From: Tubiluchus corallicola
Lineage: Eukaryota > Animalia > Priapulida
NCBI GenBank assembly: GCA_030141605.1
Contig: JAQGDQ010000067.1
Span: 248,001 to 312,000, forward strand
Direction: 5' to 3'
Length of the DNA: 64,000 nt
In this document: piece by piece, positions 26,201 through 38,700 of the stretch
Layout of the letters: each line of letters starts with the position of its first letter
How positions within the stretch are numbered: the first letter of the stretch is position 1
Translations under genes and position numbers: made by a program
The notes under the pieces: generated by a model
Seen by the model: the letters and a program-made list of their open reading frames with translations, nothing else
Database searches by the model: none
What the model was told of the DNA's origin: nothing

Positions 26201-26714
26201 ATCTACTTATATCGAGTCTGTTCACTTATGAAGAGCTGACTTATTTAGATGAATTTTACTCAACATTATTATTTACAATGATAATGTCCTAGTAATAAGA
26301 ATGAAAGTGAGATAGCAGCACAGATTTAGATGCACTGAGAGAGATTGCTAGACTTGTGCAAAAAGTGACACAACAATGTGTACCATGTTGCTGGACAGGC
26401 TACAGTTTTCTGCTAATTAGTGCTTATGCATGCGAGTAAAGTTTTTGCACTGACTTTCATTACAGTGTACTCTGTATAGTGAATTTGCATGCAAATAGGA
26501 AAATAATTAAAAGTTGCAACCCCTATGCTGTCTATAAATGTACAAATCTGCCAAAACTCATTAACAAGGTCTTTAAAGGTAACAGCATCTTACATTTTCA
26601 TTTACAGAAAACCATATTACCGAATTCTTATGAATGGACATTATTGTAAAATGCATACAAAATATTCACTAAATTATTACTGCTATTACTATTTTTTAAA
26701 TTCATTTTTAATGT

Positions 26715-26774
<60 letters not shown>

Positions 26775-29700
26775 TCATTAAAATCTTGTAACCAGATGGT
26801 TAAATTACATTACATTAAAATACATTGAAGTTTGAATGTATGAATTACTACCACTGATTACTAAATATTGTCTGTTAAAATGTTAATGGAATTAGTCATA
26901 TATAAGCTATACAAAAATACTTGTAATAGTGCACATTATAGTAGCACAAATCTATTTCTCCCACTTCATTTCAATTTAAACAGACACAGTATGAAATTTA
27001 TTATTTACATCGTCAACCCATTTTTTGAAATATTATGGTTATAAATTTCATTCATAGTAAATGAGCACGTTGATCAGACCTTAATCTCAATAATTTATAA
27101 TATTTCCATATTGGAGTCTATCTATTTTAAATATTACCAGATTGCCATTTTGAAAGAGCTGGCCTCAATTAGGAGTCACTGCTGCATACAATATAAGATT
27201 AGACATTAATCTGTCAGAAGTTAGACGTTAACATTTAAATAAATTCATATTGTGTATATTTATCAATTAAGTGTAAACAATTTTTATTATGGTTTTACTT
27301 ATGACTTATTGTAATTACAAATAAAAAAATTTCAATAACTGCAGTTTTTCTGACAATGGTATTTTGATGATTTTAGGATGCAGGATTATATTGGTGGACG
27401 ATATAACACATTATTCGGTTTACATGAGTAAAGAAGCTTATATCAACAATGAAACAACCAGTTGACTTAAATCTTATCAGTAAAGCTTGAACAGCAGAAG
27501 TATATCCTGAGATTGTAATGGACAAAAATGTTCGGAAAAGACAGACTTCATCTTCATCTCTGTACAATGAACTGGTGACCAATGATAAATAAATGAATAA
27601 TTGAACAAATTAACAGCTAGAATAAACTTCATTGCTAATAACATGCTGTGACTGCATATAGAGTGTTCCCTCATAATTCATGTGTGGTTTTCTGTAAAAG
27701 GTTTTCCTTGAAGAAAACCCCTTTTTTAAATGTAGGCTTTTCCGATGAACCTTTAAAGATTTTTCGTTGGGGACACTAGGAAAACCCATTGTAAACCCTT
27801 TAAAAGTATTTCTTTTTAAAAGTGTATTATTTTACTTTTACGGAAGGCAGTGAAGCCCTTTCTCAGTGTTCGATTTAAAACCTTCAGTAATAGTATGCAG
27901 AAACAAAGCATCTTTGCAATATAGCCTAAACAAATCAGATCTATTTCAGGATTTTTTTAGATTTGTCTTTTCTTGTTAGATCATGTCGCTTAGCTGTGGA
28001 CTGTTTTTTCAAGTTATGAAAAATTAAATACTATTTAAAATTTTACCTCCACCTCAGTGGCAGCTAAAATTAGTGGGGGTGCTGCTACAGAAAATTTTTA
28101 GCCATTATTTAATATCGTGAAAAACGAAACAAACATATGTAATTTTAATGTTGTAATATGTAATTGTAATATTAAACAAACAAACATAAGAAAATTTATA
28201 TTCAAACTTGTTAAAATCCTAAATAAAAAATATTTTTTGCTTACAAATAGCCTAAATTGTCACAGTCAAACTCGGTCCATTCATTTAAAAACGAAATTCA
28301 TTCTTCTTATTTTACTTTGCACAGATAAATTAATAAATTTCTCCTTGATTGCTAGATGACTATTCAGGAAATTATTTTCAATTGAAAGCACTTCAAGTGC
28401 ATTTAGTCTTTCATGATTCATAGTGCTCCTTAGAAAAGTTTTTATTCTCTTCAGCGTTGAAAAATAACATTCTGGCTCTGATGTAGTAATGGGAATTGTC
28501 AACGGGATTTTTATTAGTTTCGTAATTTCACTAAGAACATCTTGATTATTTTCCAAGATACAGCTCAGTTAAGTTGCAATATTAGTGCATACTGGATCTA
28601 CAATACACATAGATCCAATATGCATGAATATTGCACGTGACAAATGATAACACACACTGTGTGAGCGACTGTGCTCTCTCCACCTAGAGTGCAGAGTCTT
28701 TTCTCAGACATGTGCACATGGCCACATGCGCTCAACAGCCAAAACACCATGTTACTGGAGTTTTGATCGCACAGTGCTGAACCTGTGAAGAGCACAGTTC
28801 CATCACATGCTGTAGAAGTGTAAAGAAAGAATTAAAGAAAAAAGACACATTTTATTGAATGTTATCGATAATATCGAGTGAAAAAGGGGATGCTGTAGTT
28901 CCACAGTGCTTATACACTAGCCACCACTGCTGCACCTGGAAAGCAATCTTTTTGAGTCAATACGCAAGTTGTTAAAGTCACCTATGACGCCTTGTAAATT
29001 TGATAAAAAACATTTCAAACTATTTTCTAGATTAGATTTATTTTACCGGGGTAGTCACATGAGCAATATAAACTAAAGATGCTATAGTTTCAACTAATTA
29101 ATTATCAACTAGCAAAAACTAGTTTAATTCAGGAGCGAAATAACAAATTTGATTGAAAATGTAAAAGATTTTGCTAGAAATGGGTGCCTTGATATTTGAA
29201 AGTACAGACCAAATGGTGATTATAAACTTATATTTTTGAAAGTTGTATTTACAAATGTTGTATCTCTCAGAAAAACAAACAAAAAAGTTATTTTAAATTG
29301 TCTTAGTGACAAAAATAAGAATACAAACACACGCGAAACACCCTCAAAAATGCATGCTGGCAAGTTACCAACTACTGTGCTGTCTAGCAGTACGGTGCCC
29401 TTGAGTGACTAACTTTTGAAGTATTGTTCAATGTAAGCTAGCAATCTCTGTCTCAGCGCATGCATGGCATTTAAATACATGGACAGCAGAAACATTTTAT
29501 TTCATTCAAAACAAACAGATAAATTCAACTCAATTTGATGGTAAAGTCAGTCTATTCAAGTTGAATCTATTCCAATCGAGTTTCAATTTGACTTCAAAAA
29601 ACGAGAATGTGATAAAAAACGAGAACAAGTTTTTCTCACCAGTAATTATCACTGTGTCTAACTGTAACCACTACAAACAAATAAATCTACAAATACACAC

Positions 29701-32700
29701 CCTTTATTAGCATATGCACACCTAAGCTTACTACCCACACTTTAGGCCCTATAGTTTAGCTTTAGGTCCTTAGTAAATGTATAGGTATAGTATACCTATA
29801 GCTTCAAAGTCAATGAAAAATAATTTCTAGGTTTTACATTAAATTCTTGCTTACCACAGATGCATTGTAGAGAACCACAGAGTCGTACGGATCATCAATA
29901 AATACTGGATTCAAATTATCTTCATCAATAACATTCACAGTTAAATTAGAGAATGACCATAAAGGTGGTGAACCACCATCCTAGAGAAAACAGAAATTAC
30001 ATTAGTATTTACTGTAACAAAAGTAGAAAAAATTCCACATGCATACATTGCTTACTTTTTAGTTCGTCAAAGAAAAGCATTTACAACTAGATTACAAAAA
30101 CAATGTAATAAACATGAAAGACAATTTGCAACATTTAGGCCCATAATGCAATAAAGAAATGCCATAATGTTATCAACAACAGTCATTGTTCATTAAACTA
30201 TTAAGACTCAAGTTCTCCAAGCACAAAGAAATATATGATCAGCAAAAAAAATAATTAAAATTGTTGCCAAGATTTTCACAACTTTCAACTATGTGTTTAC
30301 AATTTAATTCTTACGGTTAATATAATACTAACTTAATTTTGATATTTCAGAACTACCTTTTTTATAATTAGAGAATTACTCCTGCAACAAAAATAAGCAC
30401 TACTGTCAATAAAATCGACATACCTGTATCTTCAGCATCACAGTAAGTGTTGTTACAACTCTGTAGTCCAATTTCTTGGCTAGAATCACATCTTTGTGAG
30501 ACAACATGAGATAATCCTGTTCATGAAAAATTAAATTCTTAATATATATTAAATTATCAAGAAAGCTTAGGCTCTAATATCAGAAAAGTTGGAAGTTACA
30601 CTATATAAAAATGACAACTAATCATAAAGTATGACAATTTTGCTTCATTGTTTTTGGCTACCCTTCATGGCTAAAATGCTGAAGTTCACAGCATACTTGT
30701 GATATCTGAGATAATATCTTTGCATCACAGATATTATGATATTACAATATTGTATAATGAATCTGTTCAAACTTGTTGTAGTCCAGCTATACACCAACTA
30801 ACCAAGCAGAATAACTAAATAATACAAAACACATTGTTTACTTACAAAGTATGGTAATCCCGGTTCTAGCGAATAATATAAAAAATTATTAGGGTGTTCA
30901 TAATCATCATCAGCTCCATTGACAGTAATTAATGTTGTCCCAACTTCTACCAACTGCAAGCAAAATGAATTGTGTGCACTGTTTCTGAGTTGCTCAGGAA
31001 AATCATATGTCAATGTAACTACCAATTCACATGTAATTGAATAATTGTGATAACTGCGCACAAACATACATAATTTACGGTGGGGTATCTCACATATGCA
31101 AAACTCTAATGATGCATTCAAAAATGTTTACTTAACTGATTTCACACAATTTGCTATTAGTTTAATATAATGCATAATTTTTCGTCTTTGCCATTTAAGG
31201 CCTTCAACAGGAACTTTGCCATAGATTACCAGTCTGCCACAATGCCAATTCATCACAATGGGAATAGATCTTTAAATTTTGAGTACAAAATTTGCAAATC
31301 AAAAGTTATAAATAGCTTAACTAAGCAAAAAGTATAATAGCGCAATAGATAAATTAAAAATTATCACATATATAGCAATTTTGCTTTCAGAACCAAATAT
31401 AGTTTAGAGGTGATCATGTGCTATGTAATGACATACTTCTCGGCTAATTCAAAATAGTATGATAAACCACGACTATAATCTCTTTTTACCCATGTTAACA
31501 CTATGCCAACCCTTGTTCAGAGCATTGACCCTTGTCAAATGGACCAAACTATAATTGCATTTTCAAATCATTTTCAAATGAGTAAGTCAACCAAACTTCA
31601 TTTGATTTTCTGCAATTATGGGACATTACATTGCTTCATGAAAGATAATGTATTAATACTACAATGCAATACACCAGCTCATCATTGTGCCACTGAGAAG
31701 ATTACATTTAACCTGCACAAAATCAGGTTACCAACAAGCTGACAATATATACTGCAGTGCTGCTTAATTGAAATAATGAACCTTGTTTGTTATATCAAGT
31801 AGTTCAAGTACGTTACTGCCCAACTTACTTTATTTGCAGTCAATGACGTTAGAATTAGTCTAAAGTACTTGCGTAAACACGCATATTGCTCTCATAGCCA
31901 AAGCATGAGCAAACATTGGCTACAATTTACAGATTATTTAAATCCTAAAATGAAACAAATACACTGAGTTTATATTCACTGAAAGGTTTGCACTAATCAA
32001 TCGTACACTGTTTTCAAAAAGAACATCATCACCAAACATGATGAAAATTCTTGAACTGGATATTGCATTAAACTATTTCTGACTGACAAGAAATATGACT
32101 TTCAAAAAGAATTGATAAGTAAAACTTCCGACATTTACTGTGAAAAGATTTTATAAAACCTCGGAAATAATAAATTAAGTCTATTCTTTCAAATGATGTT
32201 AGTTCATTGAGGGTCTAGAATGATCATTGGTTGATAATTAACAGGCTTAACTAAAATAAACAGTCGATTTGACTGGCAAATTAGTCGATGGGCTTGCTAA
32301 TGGTTTACTGACTAACTGACTGTCTGTGACCGAGTGATTATTAATATTAAAATTTATTATTATTATTATCATCATCATCATCATCATTATTCTTATTATT
32401 ATTACTATTATTATTATTATTGAATAGTTGGTTGATAAGCAGCACTGCTTCGTCGACTCACTGAATGTGAGAGAAAGTGATCAAAAGAGTGTATGGGTAA
32501 GCTTACAAATGACTGGATGACTGAAAGTCAGTCAACAAATTAACCACTTCACTGATACTTAAGGTTTTAATTAATAGTGTAATAGTAATTAACCTCTGTT
32601 ACAAGGTTCAAGATTGACAATATAATGAGGTACCCAGGACTTGTGCTGTTTGCTGAGTCTGTACAAGTACTCATCCAGTTGTCCCTTTAAAAAATACAGT

Positions 32701-35700
32701 TCCGACCACGGGATAAGCACATGCAACAAACTTTTACACTATCAAGTTGAAAAATCGTCCATTTGTGACCTAAACAAGCTTTTTTGGATAAGCATATCCT
32801 GTGTAACTGCTGTACTCTGTCTCTATCCAGACTAAATTCACCAGTGTAATCCGTTTATCAAGTTTTCAGAAACTTAGAAAGCAATTTTCTGCTCTGTCAT
32901 TTTTCGCTCTGGCACAGCTCTGCTACGTCTCCAGGCTAAACAATTTTAAGCAGTCAATATTTATTCATAGGAAGTACACCTAAGAAATGATTTTATGACA
33001 TAATTTAGATACTAGGTCACTAAGTTTCCATTTTTAAATCAGCTAGAGGGTATAAAGTTGGCTAGGCTCATACACTGCACGTTTTATCTACTGCACTAAC
33101 ACTACTAGATAAATACAATGAAGTAAAAAGTGCGTTTGAAACAGATTGAAATACAAATTACAATATTTTACACCACCACTGCAGTAAGTAAGATGCGTTT
33201 TCATAACATAAAAAACTGAATGGATCAATTCAAAATAAATAAATAATTAGACAAACTATTATTTCCGTCGTTGCTAAGTAAGAATAAAATTGGAGACGCA
33301 AATTAGTTAACTTTAATTAAGAGGTTAAAACATCTTGCCCCAAGGTTGATTGTCATTTCACAAGCAAGCACGTGAAAGCAAATCAAAGGTGTAAAAATGG
33401 TGTATTTCTGATAACACATCATGATTGGACAGCATATCTATCCTTTTTGTGATACTGCTAATAATTCAGTGTGACGAAAATGTAGCCTACTTACACTGTG
33501 TAAGTTTAGGAAATAAGTTCATGGTACGAGGGCGAGTGTGCAAATCTTATACCGAGACTAAAAAAATTATTATAAAACATGTGCAATAAAACAAGTAACA
33601 AATATTTGCTGGATACAAAGTGGTTTGTCAAAAAATTCCAAATATGATTCAGTATAGAGCTGACGACGTTTCACTTAAATGGCTATGATAATAAGGTCAT
33701 TACCCGATGCACAAGAGTTTAGAACGTTTAACCTCTGATAATATATAATTTACGCACCTCACGCAGGTACTACAACTATTTATTCGGTACTTGAACAACT
33801 CACGTAGAACCGTTGCTTAAATTAGCCAGTTAGAAATAGTCGGAATTTGTTGTATGTTTTAGACTACTCCTTTAAAGATAATTATTCTAGATAATACAAT
33901 ATACATCAGTTTTGATATACAAGCAGAACAAATATGAATAAATTTATGAAGGCTAAAATTTATTTTTCATTTTCTTTTTCAAGTTTTTTGAAACTAAACT
34001 AAAATAAACTAAAAAGCATATTTGCAAACTGAAAATTGGACCAGTGTAACCGTATAAACCTAATACTGTGTAAGTTATAACGCAAAGGTGCTTACGAATT
34101 CAAACTTATGCCGTAGGCTGCTTATAACAATTATATGAGTCTAACTGTGAAGTGATTAAGGTACACCTGTGCTATACAGACAAATCATTTGAGCGCTTTA
34201 TTAACCTTAAGATCTTGCAGCAGATAAGATTTCTTCTCACGCGCTACAAGGTAAGTCAGAATAATTTCCGACTTTCCACACAATGGACACCGCGCGTATC
34301 AGAGTGAATGTCAGCACTGAATGTAAAGCACTACATATTGCTGTATTGCTTGGGTTAAAGGCCGACAGTTTTACAACAAACGAAACATGCAAGTTAAATG
34401 CTTTGTGATAGCGAATAAAAGAACTAACCTAGTTTTACAATGAATAAAGAAAAGCTATTAGCATACGTAAACTTTTATTTTGCTAATGTTTTTGATGAAA
34501 AAATTAATTTGATTACCAACCCACACGCAGACTGCAGTGTTCAATTAATGTTATTTTCCATAGAAATTATTTTTAGATTTAAGCAAGATTTATACAAATT
34601 TGATAAAATACTTCATTTGCCAAAATACAATTATTTTGCGTCTACTGCCAAAATACAATATCTACTGCCTTGAGCACTGTAACTATTCATATACGGTTCT
34701 TTTTATTATGGTGCGAGGCACAATTATTGTGTAAATGTATTTATGATCATCATCATCTAACACGGCTTTACAAATAACCCTATTACTTTCGTTGTCACTT
34801 TCAAGCTATGAACTTATGAACCTACTTTAAACTCTTCACTAGAATAACTAGAATGAATGAGGAATTTTTATACTAATACTTTCCTAAGCCTAGCAACAAC
34901 AGAAAGACTCTGTAGCACCCAAGTTAAATAATAGTCAGTTTCAAGACAGAAAATCAGCTGTCTGTTTGTCTCAACGATTGCAAATGTATTTTGATGAGTA
35001 ACCACTAACACAAATATGCAAGGAGTGGGCAGTAATTTCTTGCTGTCAAAAGTCTGAAGACTGAACAGTTTTTGCTGGGGTGAGAGAAAAAGTGAAACAG
35101 CACTGGAACGCCTATAGAAGAATTTCAGATTTTTATGGCACACTAACGCGCAAAATAAGACATTGCTAAGCCAAAATCTTTAGCACAATGCAATCACAAC
35201 AATATAAAATATTGCTTATTTTCTCAGTAGACTAGTTATTTTATAATACATGTAAAATAATGCATGCTAAACATGACAGTAAAATAATGGCTTGAAATGT
35301 TATTAAGCAGAGAAATGTTAATTAATCATGATGAAGGGAATGAGTGATCAGATTTTAACATTTACCCACAAAGCTACTGACTTATTATTTAATCACTGTG
35401 GACCTACTTCTCAAAAACGTAAAAAATTCTTTCCCTAACTCCACAAAATTGGCACAAAAATCATTTAATGCAAAAAATACATGTAAGTTAATTTCAGGCA
35501 TCTTTTATAATTAATTAGGTTAGCACTGACAGGCCTAATTAGCTTTTGTTTAGTCAATAATAATAATAATAATAATAATAATAATTTTCTTTAGGACGTA
35601 GTCTAAGGATAACACCTTAAGTAACTCAATACTTATTTTCAAAGTGGTCATGATTATTATTACTCACACGTTACTTTGATAAACTCGTGTTCTTGTTCTT

Positions 35701-38700
35701 AGTCGAACAACCAGCGGTACCATTTTTTAAGTCTTTGATATGACTCGGCCGGCAATTGAACTATCATATATATATACATATAGTTTACATATTACAATAT
35801 AAAATCTACACAAACGAATTAGACTCTAGATATGTATTTAAAATTGTTATGCCTGTCCATAAAACTATAGTTGGTACTAATACCAAGTAAAGCCACAATA
35901 TAAACACTCAACCTGCCAGCAATATTAGTGACATACATTGCAACAAAATAAATATGAGTTTTTACAGTTTCAAAAACTGGTTTAACAGACTAGTAATGAA
36001 CTCGTTCACTTCTTCTTAAACAAAATAAATGAAAACCACTATGACAACCAAACCTTGAATAATTTTATCTGTTTAGCTTTTGCCTCACTAACTTACTAAG
36101 AAACAATGATGTAATTATGAGATCACATCTGCAGTTGTTGCAAGCTAAATAGGTCACAGACTGAATGAATTAGGGTCTTGTTTTAGATTTACAGACCTGG
36201 ATTCAACTTACAGCAGTTTAATGGGGATTTAAAATGGTGTACTCTTGCTCTGTGGAACTTTAATAGTATGGGTCAATCACTATACAGCTTTAAATTGCCG
36301 CCCCACTTAAACTACTTTCAATTGCTTGAGCAAATGTAAACACTAGGGGAATGTTAGTTTGTTTATTGTCTGATTATAAAGTAAATAAATAGTACTAATT
36401 ACAATGATATTGAAGTGGTAGAGAAAAACAAGGCAGGAAATGAGCTGCAATAAAATGTGCCTGCGTGCATTTCTAATGTTGATAAATTATTGACGTTAAC
36501 AGTGTCTAATCTGGACAAATTTTCTTGGTCCATTCGTCTTTTTGCCTACACTTTTGCCTGAGCAGACTCATTATTCCAGGCCCGATAATCCCATTATTGC
36601 TAAAAACCTTTTAGCCCATCGAACCATGAGCCACTTGAGCCTTGGTCCTTCAGGCAAATGGTCCCTTAGCTAAACGATACTCAGCCCACAGTTGTTACTA
36701 AGTCATTAGGTCGGAGTTTCTCCTGTGCGGTATGTTTAAGAATGAGCTTGATGAACTAATCATTACAAATCAGTCAAACATAAAGACCTCTAAGCTAAAA
36801 GTACAAGAGCATTTAATCTTATGTAAGCAAATCTCACAAATTAGCAATTTAATAACTTAGTTGAGTAATATTAAATATAAAAGAAAACAAAACCTAAACT
36901 CACCTCACTAACGTTTGTTTCATATGGAGCTCCAGTAAAATATGGTACTTTGTTATTAATGTCGTCAACATAAACATCTATTTGAATAATTAGTTTCTGT
37001 AAATTGAATTATAGTAATTAAAACACGCGTAAGACAACTCAGAAATGGCATACACGGCCTTTCAATTCTGTTCTTCAAGTCAATAAATAGAGACTCACAT
37101 CAAAGAATTTATAATTTTAATGCTGTATAAAACAAAAGTGCACTTGTTGAAAATTTCCAGTTTTAATTTGTTTTGCTATCACCATTGGCATAAATAATTT
37201 TTACCAATTAGTAATAATGGAGATTGATAAATCATAAAATCAGCATACTTGTGGTCCTTGCTTGGCTTGGCAATCAATAGTTAATCTAATGGGACTGTTG
37301 TACGTATCTTTATCACTCTCAATCTAAAACAAAAAACATCAAAACAAATTTTTATTGCCGTATAAGAATGCGCAATGTGTTTGTGAAACATACATTTTAA
37401 ACGTTTTATGAATATCAAAAATTACTTATGACAAACCTTTTCTTACGTAATTAATGCTTTGGAACAGAAATGTGGTGTAGTAAAAGTAGAACATTTTAAG
37501 AACAGAGTTTGTGATGTTCAAATACAAAAATAAATAAGTACAGTACAGCTGAAAACAAAACAAAACTAATGTCAGGAAGCAAACTTGACGTGGAAGGGTC
37601 CTGGAAAAAAGTGTTGTTTGAGAATTGAGAGGAGAGAATTGAGAATCTTAAACTCAATTTCAAAACGACAGGTTTAAAAAAAATTTGCACACTTTTTCTG
37701 TTCGTTAATTCAATTCAATTCAATACAAGAAATTGAATTCTGAGCCTTTGTCGAGGAACATTAAAAAAGCAAGTAAAAGCTCACAAGAAATTGTTTTATA
37801 TTTTATGTTGATATTTACCCTCGATATAAACCAACTTCATTTACTTACCCATACTGCCATGTCCTTAACAAGGGCCAACTCTCGAGTATAGTTTCTAAAA
37901 TGTGACCGTAATTCAAATACGCTAGTACTATCTTCCAAGAGCAATGAAATATCAGCGTCATCACCATTTACCTTAATCAAACCAACAATGTAACCTGTAG
38001 CATAAAACAGAAGAATGTATTAGTATTATAACCACTTCATGTATACTTCCTCTGTACTTTAAATATCTGCCCCTTTAGATTCACATGAAGCACAAATAGG
38101 CAACAAAGGTGTGTAGCTGGCTTATTCCAGAATTTGTCAGCCTGCTTCATGAGTGCGCGTTTAATTAAATCTATCACAAAGACCGCTAAAACAGAAGCGT
38201 CCTACAAAAACTATGAAGATTACAGAAACTGATGATACACACGCCATGGTGATACAAATTGACATACAATAAGTAAAAGAGTAAAGAGCCAACACTACTA
38301 AACTGCTTCTATTAACAGAACATTAACAAATTTTATTGACAGTTAAACTTGGCTTGATACAAATATTTAAATCAACACCTACCTGCTGTTTCATTTTCTA
38401 ACATATCAAAAGTCAACGGGAGTCCACTTTCAATACCATCATACTCACATAAACTATCTAAAACAGAGTTATAAAAAGCAAATTACACAAATCAGTTTTG
38501 AATTTTATATAATTGATGCTTTTGACCAACAATGATATCAAAACTAGGCTTAGGATTAAAAAACCTGACTGCTATTAAGTTACAATTAATTTTATGCACT
38601 TGCAAACTACACAGTAATAACCAATCTAGCGTACGTATTTCACACTTATTAACGCAGATAAACAATTATAATGATTTTATTTCTTACTGTCAAACAGGAA

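Noticed and set aside
28281-28556. Host ZMYM1-like zinc-finger gene
   Set aside because: Only the hAT dimerisation domain remains, inside TIRs with an 8-bp TSD, so it is a transposon remnant.
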